From assembly GCA_964016885.1 (NCBI GenBank), contig OZ024745.1:45384001-45448000 (forward strand): a stretch of 64,000 nt of DNA, given 5' to 3'. This document shows, piece after piece, positions 1-15,027 of this stretch. This DNA is from Eledone cirrhosa. Taxonomy: Eukaryota. A model generated the notes under the pieces. That model made no database searches. It saw nothing but the letters and a program-made list of their open reading frames with translations, and was not told where the DNA came from. Position 1 is the stretch's first letter. Every line of letters starts with the position of its first letter. The position numbers were made by a program, and so were the translations under genes.

Positions 1-1097
1 AAACTTGGTGGGATTTGAAATCACAACATAAAGGGCCGAAACTCTATGCCACAAAGCATGTTGTCCGACTCTCTACCGATACTGCCAATCTATCGCCCTA
101 ATACATATCTAATAATGCAAGAGACAATGATTATGATCATTTCACACCCGCTGGAAACTTCTCAGCTGATAAAAATGTATTTTTTTTGCTAAGAACAGAT
201 TTTAATTAACAAAAACCCCTTAAATAAAACCCTAAAAACAAACAAACTGCAATTTTATTGTTACAATCCGGTATATTTACCATTATATGGCCTTTATCCA
301 TTAACGAAAGGAATAGCGGATGTTGAGGGTATAGAAAGTAGGAGCTAATAAATACATAAAGTGTTAATGTTTCGGGAAGGTGAAGGAAGAAGACGGAGAT
401 GGCGTGAATAATATGTCGTTGATAATGTTTATATTTCCGTCTTTAAGCATGTGGCTAGTAATTTGGCGATAGCTGATTATATTGATCTCAGTTCTTGACT
501 GGTACTTCATTTGAAGGATTGACCTCGGCTGGGTTTGAACTGGGAACGTAAAGAAGAAGAACTGCTAAGTATTTCTCCGATGCTCTAACAACTCTGCCAA
601 TCCACCACCCTCATGATGAATATGATGATGATGATGATGATGATGTTTATAATGAGGTAGTATCATTTGTGAGGATAGGTCTGATGATATTTTACGGAAA
701 TGTTTCAGTTAATCTGGAATCAATACTAAAAAGGTAGTATTTGAAAACCAAATTATCGAAATCAATCCTCTATACATCTCCTTCCCGTACCCCCACATTT
801 CCGACTCCGGAAACTTATATCTTTGGGATCATGCAGTATATGAATTCCAGCATGTCAATTCTTATGGTCAATAAGCAAATGATGCAGGAAAAATGGAATA
901 ATTCGAAAAAAGAAAAACTGGTTAAATTCAACTATAGAATATATAAATATGTGAAAACATTATCAATTTAGAAACAAAATGGGGTCAGACCATAGAAGGA
1001 TAATGCTCAAGTGTATCAGATTACTAATTTTCCAGCTGCAATATTATTGCTGGGAAAGACGCATACACATACACACAAATACACACACACACATATG

Positions 1098-1131
<34 letters not shown>

Positions 1132-1698
1132 TATTGAGAGAGATAGAGTGAGACAGAGAGAGACTGAAAGTAAAGTATTTCATTCCCACATTCTTACAAT
1201 CTTGTTGCAACCGTTCTTTTATGATAGGCTGTAGCTTGAACTCTAATCGGAAAGATTAAAATGTCAAGGTAACTATACGATATTAAGAGAAATTTCCCTT
1301 GAGATTTCAAGGTTACAAACTTTGCTTAAGGCCTTTCTCACTCATATTGCTATATTTCCCTCACCAAGTCTCAACTCATTTTCTTTCATTTTTTCTTCGT
1401 CTCATTTTCACTATAGTTCTCTTTTACTCTGTCTGCTTGTATGTTTGTATGTCTCTCTCTCTATCCCCTCTCTCTCACACACCCCTTCTCCCCACCCCTC
1501 TCTCTCACACTACCCCCTCTCTCTCTACTTCTATGCATAACATATCTATGTATAAATATGTAAGGTTATATAAAAATATAGATAAGCATTATTCACAGAA
1601 GTATGCATAAATACATAAATTCGTACATACATATATATATATATACATGCATGCATAGATATATACATTCATTCATACATATATACAAACATATATAT

Positions 1699-1808
<110 letters not shown>

Positions 1809-2363
1809 GCATACATATATACATACATATATGCATACATACATTCATGCCCACATAGGCACATACATATGTATCTACACACGTACCCACACATACATAT
1901 GTGCGTAAGTGTATTTATACATATATCTGTGACGGAATTTCAGGCTGTTTGTAATGCTTGCGGAATCCTGTGGGCAGAACATTATTTTGTAATACCACAA
2001 ATATGTGAGTGGATTCATAGTTATCATAACGATCCCTCTATTCACCCCATTTGGCTTCCTGCCGCAACCAGTTCTTTAGCTCACATTCACTGATTTCTGC
2101 CCAACCATCATTTCCATTTCACTTCTCTTTTTGACCTATTCATTTTCACTAACGTTACACTATTTCTATCTCATGACATATTCAGAACGCCCTCGAGATT
2201 TCTGGTCACTCTATAAATAAATGAAAGCGCAAGTATGTTCCTCAGTACATACATGTATGTGCGTGTATGAGTCTGAATGTCTGCTTGTCTATCTCTTTCT
2301 TTGTGTGTGTGTGTGAGTCTGTCTCTCTCCCTCCCTCTCTCTCTCCTAATCCGCGCGCGCGTG

Positions 2364-2458
<95 letters not shown>

Positions 2459-2867
2459 CGTGTGTGTGTGTGTCTGTTTTACTCTGTATAAATGGTCGTG
2501 GTATGATTCAATTTGCTAATAGGCTTCGATAAATACGATTTGAGAAATGACTTAACAGTAACTAGTATAATCTCACAAACCTCCAGAATTAAAACACGTT
2601 TTCACTCACACTACACCTACCAGTACAATCTTAGTATTCCAATAACATATGAGTGCCAAAACCACCCCCGAATATTTAAAGACATTCTAAAGGCATTTTC
2701 TGTGAAACAAAATACAAACTATTTACCTTTACCCATTAAACATATCAACATGTAAGTATTACGACACCATCTTAGATACACAAATTCCGTCTAAATATTG
2801 AGTAAGTTAGACACTTCACGATTTAAATTCCTTAACATTCAAGAAATACTTCAGCTGGTCATATATA

Positions 2868-2913
<46 letters not shown>

Positions 2914-3699
2914 ATAGTATATATATATCTGTGCGTGTGTATATAAACAGACACATATCCACAAACTAACACACACACAACAAACACCCCCACCCCATAT
3001 ATATATATACATAAAGAGAGATAGAGAGAGAGAGGGAGAGAGAGATAGAGATGGAGAGAGAGTGTGAGAGAGAGAGGGAGAGGGAGAGAGATAGAAAGAC
3101 AGAGAAGCCCAAAAACAATTAGAGAAACGAAAATATTTGGTTTTGCACAGATTTTGTTTACCTAATATATTTCTTTATTATTAATCAAAGCAGTGGGTGA
3201 CAATTAGTTTTTACCTTTCTTTTTCCTATCAAAATTTATATGTATATGTATTTTTATCTAGTTAGTTTTTCTGTAAAACATTACTTGTTATTCTATATTT
3301 TTTGTTTTAATTCGTGGTGCGTATTTCTGTGCGGCGCTGATGTCTTCCATGTTTTCATCGTAAATTCTTTATGATGTGAAATTCTGATTAGAGATAAATC
3401 TCAAGAGACAGAAATATGTATTACTAGTTTACATTGAGACCGAAGGAGAGCAATTTAATAACAGTGAGTAAAGGGGAAAAAAAAAAGATCTAACCAATAT
3501 TATGTGAATCTTAAAAAAAGGTTAATTTATAGTTGTTTGATTCATGACAACTCTAAAGAAAGTTATTTATATGTGACATAAACATGGTATTTCCATAATC
3601 ATTATGTCAGCTTGATACTTGGTAGGTTTAGATGAATGAAAAATCCATCCAGATACATTTATACATCGTATGTTCGTTCAGCCTTAAACCATATGTGTG

Positions 3700-3969
3700 C
3701 AGGGTTAGATTTACCTTGGGGGCGCCGGGGCACTTCAGATTTGGAGGGCCCCTCATACATAAAAATTAGAATACATAGCAAAGCCCCAGTTCCACGTATC
3801 TACGTTAGCTTGGAGCAGGGATTAAACTTAAAATTTCTAACCATCCTAAAACTAAAAAGCACAGCCGAGGGCACAAATAAATTGCTCCCGCCGTCGCTGG
3901 TTGGGCCGCCCATTGCAGGTGACCCAGGGCAATTGCCCCCTTTGCCCCCCCCCATTAAATCCGGCCCCG
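3700..3969. mobile_element. hAT-type MITE
   Basis: Imperfect TIRs cagggttagattta / taaatccggccccg, an 8-bp direct repeat TATGTGTG on both sides (3692-3699, 3970-3977), and a GC-rich interior. Confidence 0.75.
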
Positions 3970-4059
3970 TATGTGTGTGTAGATGTGTGCGCATGTGTGT
4001 GTGTGGAGGGGGTTGTTTGTGATTGGATGTGTGTGCTCTAATATACATATATATCACTG

Positions 4060-4362
4060 AGATTACTCTCTGTTGCTACCTGTAGTTTCGCTGACTGCCT
4101 GCTCGTGAAATTAACGTGTAAATCGCTGAGCATTCCACAGACGCATGTGCCTTTAACGAAGTTTTCAGTGAGATCCACCTTAACATCGTGTGTCGAGGCT
4201 GAGCCTTCTGAATTATGGATACAACTCATTTTTATTAGCTGAGTGGATTAGAGCAGCGTGAAATACGGTAACTTGCTCAAAAACACAACGAATCACTGGG
4301 AGTTGAACCCACGACGTTACTATCGTGAGCCCCAAACCCTAAACGATAAACCACACGCTTTC
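4060..4362 (-). mobile_element. tRNA-derived SINE (family B, degenerate)
   Basis: Reverse complement begins gaaagcgtgtggttt...gggttcaactcc, followed by ttgagcaag...tttcacgctgctc as in the copies at 59272 and 62595. Confidence 0.6.
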
Positions 4363-6039
4363 ACCACATACATACATAATAATTATACACACATATAAAT
4401 ACAGGTTCTATCCCGTCCATCCCTATACACACACATAGAGAAATATAACCTAGCAGGATATTTACGCGCACACGCACAATCCCAAATAATCCGCACATAG
4501 CCTTAGACCCCCCCCCCCCCAAACACACACACACTGTCTAGTCAATATAACTGACACTTTTACTGATTACACGACTCGGGTTTCGAGAAAAAGAAAAAAT
4601 AATAATAAATTAAACGAATAAAACAAGTAACAACATATCAATGACCACAATCTCCACCTTGCCAACAACAACAACAACAAGAATGAGGACAATGACAATA
4701 ATAACAACGCCCAAACGAATAATCAGCCTTTGATTACAAAAAGCTGATTCGTTATTCATATATACATTAAGCGTTGGATGAGGAGAAGGGTTAGTAAGGG
4801 AAGCAGGGGAGGTAAATGAAATGGGTAGCAAACAAGAGAAACAAAAGAGCAAATAATATACTCACAAGAAAGAGAGAGAGAGAGAGAGGGAGAAAGAGTG
4901 AGAGGAGATAACGATGTGTGAGGATGCTCGGAGGAAGACAAAAAGAGATAACAGAGGCAACATTTTTGGAGGGGATAGAGAGTAGTCGGAGGAAGATGCA
5001 AAGAGAGTAAAAGATGAAAGACGGGGATCGTTTTTGGCTCCTGGCTGTCTTGCTACCCTGCGGAATTATGATCACTAACAATAGCTTTGACACAGTTGAG
5101 AGCAGCGTTTGTGAAGCAATACGTCTCTAGAGATACCGCCTGTTATATTGCTCTCTATGATCGACCATTTCAAATCGTCTTTGGTATTGAATTTGCCTCT
5201 TATATAATTAGTCATTTTCACGGCATAAATATACAGATTTGATATTGATACCCTACTCGGATAGATTAGAAACACATTATTTTGAAATAACTTTTATTGA
5301 TTTCTTATATAAACATAATGTATCAAATTTACAGAGAAAGGGAAATGAGATTGTGTGAGATTGTGAGATCTGCATGTTCAATTTTAAATGAACAAGGCTT
5401 GACTGAACTCGAGAAACTTTCTGATGCTGAACTATATGGAAATTAATTCAAATATCTTGTCTAATCTGTCTAATTTTATATAAGAGAAAAGATATAGTGA
5501 ATTGACGTGTGCTTAATCTTGTATTAATATCAAAATAATGGCCGTGTAGTTCCTGAACTTCCAACAGTGAATATATATGAGACAAATATTGTCGCTGAAT
5601 AATGTATGACTAGTGTTTAATCCAACGCTTCCAGTGAAGGTTCGCCAACATAAGATATCGATGGTCGTTTCCTGAACATTTTTGGTCCTTGTTCTCGACT
5701 TTTGATGATGATAATTATGCTAATAGTGATATTGGTGTTACTGCAAATAATATACAGATTAATAACAAGTGAAAAAAAAAAATAAAATAACGGTAACCAT
5801 ATCAACAAGGAAAATAAACATTGGAAAATATACCCGAAATAGATGGAATAAGCACACGATAAGTGAAATCGGGAAATAGATTACGAAAATATACTATAAA
5901 CCTCAAGATGGACGCCAGAACGATATAAAGCGATAGTTACAGCTGAATAAAATTAATTTATATGACGTGTATATCTTTTCTTTATACAACACTATCAAAC
6001 CCCACATTGTGTAGTTAACTGATCTGTTTTTCAGAATAC

Positions 6040-6290
6040 AGACTTGATGGACACTCCGTCGATTTTGACACGCGTACCATTAATATAATTCTCATGTAGA
6101 ACGAGTATAATACAATGTGACAAGGCTGTACCTTTGAATTGCAATTAACATTAAATCTGATGGTCTTCCTCATAGTTTCCATATACCCAATTTCAGTCTG
6201 GAAGCTTGGGTCAACCTGGAGCTATGTTAATGATACTTTATCGAACCTCAGACCTCATAATTTTTAAGCACGGCTCTTAACTACTCAGTC
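6040..6290 (-). mobile_element. Degenerate SINE (family C)
   Basis: Similar to 44890-45200 (tttgaatt...gatgg...cctc...agtttcc...ccaa...tcgaacc...cttaacta). Confidence 0.45.
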
Positions 6291-6464
6291 TTGTCTTCGC
6301 AGTCTCGTCTTCGCAGTCTCGTCTTTATATGTTTTCCTCCATTTGTTTAGTGTTTAGATATATTATGAAGATAGCATGACCAAATGATTAAAAGTTCACT
6401 TAGATCCCTGAATACATGTAAACACAACTTGATCGTTTTTCTTATATATATATATATATATATA

Positions 6465-7552
<1,088 letters not shown>

Positions 7553-8121
7553 TATATATATATATCCTGAGCTTTGGGACTGACAGAATCATCTGAAATA
7601 TGCAGCCCAAGAACCATTTGTACCTAAATGACAGAATGACAGCATAGTTGGTGTAATATGTGTACACACACACACACGCACACGCACACACACAAACACA
7701 CACACATACACACAAACACACACACATACACACACACACGCACACACACAGACTCTGCGTAGTGTCATGAAAAATTTAGAGTTACATTATAAAGCCTAGT
7801 ATATACTGTATACTTCTTAAAGCTAGATTACATCCTATGAATTCTGAAATGTTATTAAGTCATGTGTCTTCATGTAAATGTTTGTTACATACGAATCGAA
7901 ATGGAAATTGTGTATTCATTGATGTGAGGATTGATGTGTTGAAAAGTTCAGGAAATAATTTGTCAAACATTTCCATGAACGACAGGATTATTTAATGAAT
8001 GAAATATTTCGTTAAAACTATCTCACCTACTAATTGATGTTAGACGAAATTGAACATCATCGTTTATATTTCATTTAATTTCTTTCCCTTCTTTCATTTT
8101 CTTTCTTCCTTTTTTCTTTTT

Positions 8122-8153
<32 letters not shown>

Positions 8154-8154
8154 A

Positions 8155-8258
<104 letters not shown>

Positions 8259-8624
8259 ACTAATATCATATTACATTTTTTTTTTTTAATAATCTTTTGT
8301 TATATTCAAATTATTCTAGTTCATTCGTTATTTAACTCAATTCCATCATGCAATTTCTCACTCCGTTAGGAACCTCGAAGTAATCTACCAAGCTTCATCT
8401 CACTGATTATGCAATCTCGGTTTAAAAAGTGAGGAATATGACAGAAGTTATTTTGTAGCAATTCCAAGAACTGGGAATTATTTGAAATTCAACGACGGCG
8501 ACGATGACGACAACAACAACAACAATAACATCAATAACATGAATAATGATTTCTTTATTAACCACAATAATTATTATTATTATTACTATCAATAACATTA
8601 ATAATAGTAATAATAATAATAATT

Positions 8625-8794
8625 CTTTCTACTTTTGGCACAAGGCCAGCAATTACCCAATGCATTACTGGTACTTTATTCTATCGACCCCGGAAGGATG
8701 AAAGGCAAAGTTAACCTCGGCGGGATTTGAACTCAGATCATACAGGGAGGTAACTCTTTTCTTCAAAGCATGGCATCCGATCCTCTACCGATAC
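8625..8794 (-). mobile_element. tRNA-derived SINE (family A), 5' end missing next to the LINE tail
   Basis: Matches 38863-39043 (ggcacaaggccagcaa...ggatgaaaggcaaag..aacctcggcgggatttgaactcag). Confidence 0.8.
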
Positions 8795-9090
8795 TACTAA
8801 TAATAATAATAATGATTTCATTTATTGGCCACAAGGGCCGACATATAGGGGACAATACAAAAGACTGGGACAGTGGGGTTTTACAGAAAAATCGAGTAAA
8901 CAATATGAATAACAATAACAAAGTAACAATAACAAAGTAACAATAAAGTAACAATAAAATTAGAAGCAAAAATTCTCCAATAGGGGGGATGACCACTTAG
9001 GGTTCGCTCAGGTACCCCACCAGTCCTGAACGACCCGACGCTTCGAGAGTACCCTGGAAGGGCACCCCTCTCCTCCTCAAATTTACCTAC

Positions 9091-12000
9091 CTACAGCCGC
9101 ATGACTAGAGTAGGCCCACTCACACGGGCCATTCTTGCCACATTCACCCACTTTTCAGCAAATGTACTGGGGGGCAGCACTTCTCTCTCCACCCCCACCT
9201 TCCTTTCCAAGTGAAACTTGAAAAAGTTGATGAGGGATTGGCCGAAGAGAAAAGTGTCTGTCTTCAGTCCTTTCAACCTCGTCCACCATACAACCTCTTT
9301 CGCTACTGCCACCAGACAGAGGAAAATTGCCTGCCCTTCCTGGCCAAAAGAAGGCGGCGGGTTGATCTTCACTATGGACTCGGCCGATAGCCGGATCCGT
9401 TCTACACGCGACAACAGCTATTCAACATAACTCCACAAGTCAGTAATGCACGGACACTGGACGAGTGCGTGCAGAACGGTTTCGTCGCTCTGCGCGCATC
9501 TCGTGCAGGTCCGTCTGACAGCACTTCCGTGCCTGTAGAGTTTATCTCGAACCGGCAGTGCCCCCCCCCCCCCCCGCTAGCACTGCCAAGCGAGGGATTT
9601 TTGGAAATTATCCATCGTCCCCGGCTCGAAAGTCCTCCGGTACAGACTGGTTAGTTCGACTTCGTTGACTCCCAGAGCCTCTCCGAGTGCGTCGTCGCAC
9701 TTGCCCACCACTAATCCTCTACAGAACTCGAGAGTGAAAGTTCCACTGACCGCATTGCCCGCCTGGTAGAGGGCAGTGAGTGCCTGGCAACATTCCAGAT
9801 GCCAGTCACCCAGTCTCGGTCTCTTCTTGATCCAGGGCTGCAGCTCAGTCAAAGAAACGAGCTGCGGAAAGTCCCGTCTGACAAACGGCGACCACACCTG
9901 TTCACCGTTTAGACAGAATATCTGGAGATGCCGCAGCCTCAGCGCGTGCCTGCGCATCATTAGCCACGGCATGCCCAGCCTTCCACATAGAGGGTGCTGG
10001 CAGCAGATGGACCGCCTCACCAGCGGAACCTGACCCCTCCACAAGAATTTGAAGAGGAGCCGCTCCAAGATGGCGAGGCGCGAACGGGGGCAAGAGACGA
10101 TGGTCAGACGGTAGTAGATGACGGACGCGATGTACGCGTTCGCCACCTCCGCCCGACCTTTCAGTGATAGCTTCATCCCAGCCCATTTCTGGGTGAGACT
10201 GGCTACCCTGCCCGTCACCTCGTCCCAATTCTTATCCACCTGGAGGTCTGGCTCGAACCAAACCCCTAGCAACGTCCGTCCAGCGCCTAACGACGCTGTT
10301 GGACGGCATGGACTTGCCTTTCCAGGTGCTGAGTTGCAAGCCCACCGACTTTTCCGGGTTAAATTTTGCTCCCGTCAACCTTTCATATTCCTCCGATAAG
10401 TTGCCGACCACCTGGATTTCTGAGGTGTCCGACACCATCACGGTGATGTCGTCCGCTAAGCCGACACAGCCTTTCCGCGTCCCGGTTCGGGCGGGATGCC
10501 CTGCAACAGGTCCAGCTTCCGCAGTAAAGGCTCGAGAGTCAATACGTACAGAAGGGAGGAGAGAGGGCACCCTTGACGGACAGATCGGGAGAGCTGAAAC
10601 GGTTCAGAGAAGTGGCCATTAATTTTAACCATCGAGCAAGTGCTGCTGTGCATTGCAGCGATCCAGCTTCTGAAGACGGGGCCGAAGCCAGCCGCCTTGA
10701 GGACAGCCTCCAGGTACCGATGGTCGACCCTATCGAATGCTTTCGATTGATCTAAATTGATCAGATCCCCACCGAAGCCAGGTTTACACCCTACCCTCTC
10801 TATGATGTATCGCATTAGGTGTAGGTTGTCGTGTATGGACCTGGTTGGGATTGCGCAAGTTTGCGCCTCCCCAACCAAATCCCCGACGACAAGCGCCAAC
10901 CTCTTCGCTAACACCCTGACCAAAATCTTAAACTCTGTGTTGAGCAGAATTATGGGTCTGAAATTGTCTGTGTCCCTCTTGTTCTCGTCTTTCCTTATCA
11001 GCGTCACTACGCCCTAGTTCACAGAACTGGGAATACTCCCGTTTTGCTGACAGTTGCAGTAGAGGGCTTCGAGGAGATTGGAGAACAAGTCTGGCATATT
11101 TACGTAAAGCTCGTAGGGCAGACGTTCCAAACCGGGTGACTTGCGCCTCATGCAGCCAGCGAGGGCATCCTGAATCTCGGCTGAAGTAATTGGCCTTTCG
11201 CAGAGCCCAGCGTCAACCGTCGAGAGTTGCGGCAAGCCATCGAGGTAGGGACTGAAGTCCGCCACCATCTCTGACCCTTTACTTCCCCCGAACAACCGAG
11301 CAAAATGTTGGCGAAAGGCCTCACACATCCTCTTGGAATCGTTCAGCTCGTGCCCGTCTCGGTCCGTCAACGACCGAATCATGGTTTTATTATCACGCCT
11401 ATGTCACGCGGTCAATCGAACAGCTTTGGTTCCCTCGTTTCTCAGAGCACGCGCCTTAGCTCTGACAATGCAACCTTCGTGTTTCGCATTGAAGAAATGG
11501 TCTAATGCCATTCTCGCCGCTAGCACATCAGTTGCAATGCCACTACCAATAGCCTCGTCTAACTTATCTTCCAACTCTCCCTCCTTTCTATTTTTCTCTA
11601 ACGCTACTTCCTTGCTAAACTCTATCGACATTACTCTAATCTCTCTTTTGAGAGCCCCCACCATCTATTGTTGACGACTCCCCCTGTCAACGTTTTCTTA
11701 ACTAAATTGTTGACCTGGTCCCTGTAAGCCTTATGTGCCGGAAATGACATGTTTAGCTTCCAGTAACCAGGTCCTAACCTACGCGTATTATCTATCGACC
11801 ATAGAGATCACAAACTTGTGATCTGAATAGGCGACCGTTTCAAAACGTGGACAGCTTACACTATTTCTGTCTATTTTCCCAATGAATATCCTGTCTATAT
11901 ACGATCTAGATGACCCTTGCGGTTAGCCCAGGTCCACACTGGCGCATTAGGGAAATCTAGTCGGTACCTGTCAGACAGTTGGAACTGGCTGATCAGGTTC

Positions 12001-12498
12001 TTGAGGCTTTTGCACCCCCACGCTCCTATCGGATACTCCCACACAGTCCCAGCGTGCGTCTAAGATGCCGTTCCAGTCCCCCGCTAACAGTAAAGAGCGA
12101 GACGTACCCAGAAAGGCTTCCAGGCGTCTAAAGAAGTACGGCCGTCCTGCCCCAGTAGGAGCATAGACGGCCATCAGTCTAAAGGCACCACCTTCGTTAT
12201 TGTTCACGTCCAGGACTACCAGCTTCCCGTCCGGGTCCCGGAAGATCGACCTTACCTCGAAATCCAGGCCTTTCCTAAACAGCACTTCCACCCCGCCTCC
12301 CATTCCCGGCCGGCTAACAGATGCAAAGATCTGATAGTCGTCGAAAATGGGGGCTAGTGCGCGCGTGTCGGAAATCCTGGTCTCGCTGACGGCAATTACA
12401 TCCATTTCTATAGACCTGAGGTCGTTGAACAGGTGACCCTGCTTCCAGGACGATCCCAGGCCTCGAACATTTAAACATCCTACTCTTAATACGGCCAT
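9091..12498 (-). pseudogene. LINE ORF2 (AP endonuclease, reverse transcriptase, C-terminal Zn finger) with stops and frameshifts
   Basis: APE motifs LNVRGL, VSETR, VYAP, LAGDWN. RT motifs KSPG, NFRPI, LDQSKAFDRV, VRQGCPLS and a frameshifted (Y)ADD. CTRCAQSDETVLHALVQC near 9450-9507. Confidence 0.93.
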
Positions 12499-12529
12499 GT
12501 TGGCAGGTTAAAAAGAGAGAAAGGAAGGT

Positions 12530-14493
12530 TTACTTACCTTCCGGGCTCTTGTGAAGGTCGGGTTGTTCGACCTCCATAGTTGGTGGGGTTTCTTTTGGGA
12601 ACCCCTTTAAAAGTCTTGAAGTGGGTTTTACGTTCGGGGTTCCCACGTCCCGAGGAAAGCTGTCTCGTATTTCTTTGAATATATCGAGCGACATTCGCAC
12701 CAGAACCAAATCTTCCGGCACCTAAAATGTGCTCAATTTAAAAATTTCCCCCTCTTTTCACTTCGTGCTACGAGAGCCATCAGTTCCTTGTTGGCCCTGA
12801 CGAGCACGAGGTTTTGTATGTTTTGTTGGTGTTATTTTATTTGTTTGCGTGGCTGTGGTGGTGATGGTTTTGGTGGTGTTGTTTCGGTTGTATCTGTGAT
12901 TTTTGTGAGTGCGGTGTCTGTGGTTTCAGATGTTTGTGTGTATATTTGTTCTTGCGTCTGTTTCGGTTGTTTGCGTTTGGGGGATTCTGGTGATGGTGAT
13001 GGTGGTGTTGATGTTGGTGTTATTGGAGAGATGTTTGCGTTGGTGGTGTCTGCAGTTTTTTTTGTGGGTGCTTTTTTGCTTTGTTGAGTTTTTTTTCTTT
13101 TGTGTTTCCTTTTTTGTATTTTGGAGGATTTGGGTTTTCCCTCATCTTCACTACTGGTAGATGAGGGGTCTGTGTCTGTAAGTGTGTCTGTATGTATGTT
13201 TATGGTTTTGTTGGTGTGTGTATTTTTGGGGGTAGGGGGAATTTGACAGCTTTCCTCGTTTCCCCCCTTTGTGGTCAATGTTGGTGGTGGTCTTTCTATT
13301 GGTGTTGTTGTTGGTGGTTTTGCCGGTGCTGGTGTTGGTTGTGGTCCTCGCCCCGGCGTCGGCAGCAGTGGAGCCTTTCGACCCCTAGCCTCTTTCAGCA
13401 GTTGAGGGCAGAAGGCTCGCAAATGGGTTTTTTCCCCACAAACAAAACACTGCGACCTTTTGCCTTCGGTCATAATGTGAATGACCGTCCCATTCTGAAG
13501 GCGGATGTGGTCCGGGATTGTCTTCACATTCACGGGCCTGATCTGGAAAAGGATCTCCAGGTCAACCCCGGACCAGTCCTCTCTGGCCGTTCTGGTCACT
13601 TCTATAGGGCCTGTATCCGTCCCCTCCACAATCACACATACCAGAAGCCACCACATGTCAAGTCCTGGTTGGATTCTGGGAATGCGGAGACGGGCCGTTC
13701 TTTTTCCTGGAGGGGTACATTATGACCTTGCTGGTTTTGCAAGGAGTCATAGCGTGTTTCATAGTGAGGGCTTCTGACTTGAACAACACCGAAATGGTGC
13801 CGTACTGTCTGCCCCTCTCTATGTATTCGGTGTCTTCTCTGATGCACCTCAGCGCGACTTCGACATCTTCTTGTGGGATTAAAGCTGGCCTTTTGGTTTG
13901 TGCTGAGATGCATCTATAATGCACCGTTCTGCGCTCCACTGCCTCAATAGCTTCTACCGGGACAATTAAGTTGGCCCAGGTTTGCTCTTGCTTGATGAGC
14001 TTCCATGCCTGGGCCAACTTTTCATCTTTGTTTGAGAGGTCCATGTTGAACCATGGCCTCCTTTTTGCTGCTGCCGCAGCGAAAGTGTTCTTCTTGTTTT
14101 CGTTGGGGGTGTTGTGGTCGTTGTCGTTGTTCTTGTTGGTGTTGTTGTTAGCACTGTCGCTGTTATCATTGTTGTCTTTGTTGCCACCGTGGTTCTCGGT
14201 GCAGTTGGTATTGTTGCTGTTGGTGTTGTCGCTATTTGTTTTCATGTTAGTGGTGTTGATATTGTTATTGTATTTGTTTTGTTTTTTTTGTTATCTGTAT
14301 TTTCGTTGTCGCCGTTACTGTCATTTTTATCAAAATTAGAGTTCTCATTGCTATCATTGGTGTCTTTGTTTATATTATTTGTGGTGGTGTTTATGTTATC
14401 AATTTGTGTTAATTTCACTGTAGCACTCCTTTCAACTTCCACGTCGTTGTCGCACGACAGCAAACATATCGCTAGGGGGCGTGGTTCAGCCAT
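12530..14493 (-). pseudogene. LINE ORF1 (gag-like nucleic-acid-binding protein), frameshifted
   Basis: Fragments 14242-14538, 13658-14245, 13632-13913, 12832-13656 and 12530-12721. N/T/D-rich N-terminus, TFAAAAAKR, CCHC knuckle CFVCGEKTHLRAFC, then a Pro/Thr/Lys-rich tail. Confidence 0.8.
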
Positions 14494-14698
14494 GTTTTTA
14501 TTTCTCCGTAAATGTTTTAACATGTAAAAAAAATTCAAATATTTGGGCCAAAAGGCCCAAATATTATACTTTCCCCTTCACAGGGCAAAGTCTAAGGGCT
14601 TATATCCCTTACACCACAAGAAATATTTAACAACAAATAATTTTAACAGGCAAATAAAGCGACTTACTGGGAGCGAGCAAAATACGTCCGCTTAGACC

Positions 14699-14700
<2 letters not shown>

Positions 14701-14742
<42 letters not shown>

Positions 14743-15027
14743 TAATAATAATAATAATTCTTTCTTTATTGGCCACAAGGGCCAACACATAGAGGACAAT
14801 ACAAAAAGACAGGGTCTGTGGGGGTTTACAAATAAAGATGCGAGTAAAAAAAATAAATACAACAATAACAATAAACAATAAAAATACAAACAACGAACTC
14901 CCCAAAAGGGGGAGAACACCCAGAGATGATCAGGTACACCACCAATCCTGAACAAATCGACGCTTCTAGAGCACCCGAGAAGGGTACCCTCTCCTCATCA
15001 AATCAAACAGCCTACAGGCGCATGGTC
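14701..15027 (-). mobile_element. 5'-truncated 3' end of the same Tx1-like family, with (ATT)n tail
   Basis: tttattggccacaagggcc...ctacaggcgcatg aligns with 8820-9105. Confidence 0.85.

Larger units (their letters stand above)
8795..14698 (-). mobile_element. Full-length Tx1/L1-clade LINE, decayed
   Basis: Two ORF regions (zinc-knuckle ORF1; APE-RT-CCHC ORF2). The 3' UTR ends ggccAATAAAtgaaatc followed by (ATT)n, and the 5' end abuts (TAA)n at 14699. Confidence 0.93.

Noticed and set aside
3315-3470. Possible first exon ending at donor aca|gtgagt
   Set aside because: No open signal-peptide frame leads to the donor; at most a non-coding exon, which cannot be supported.
9469-14527. Plus-strand ORFs across the LINE
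   Set aside because: Antisense shadows of the GC-rich minus-strand LINE ORFs.
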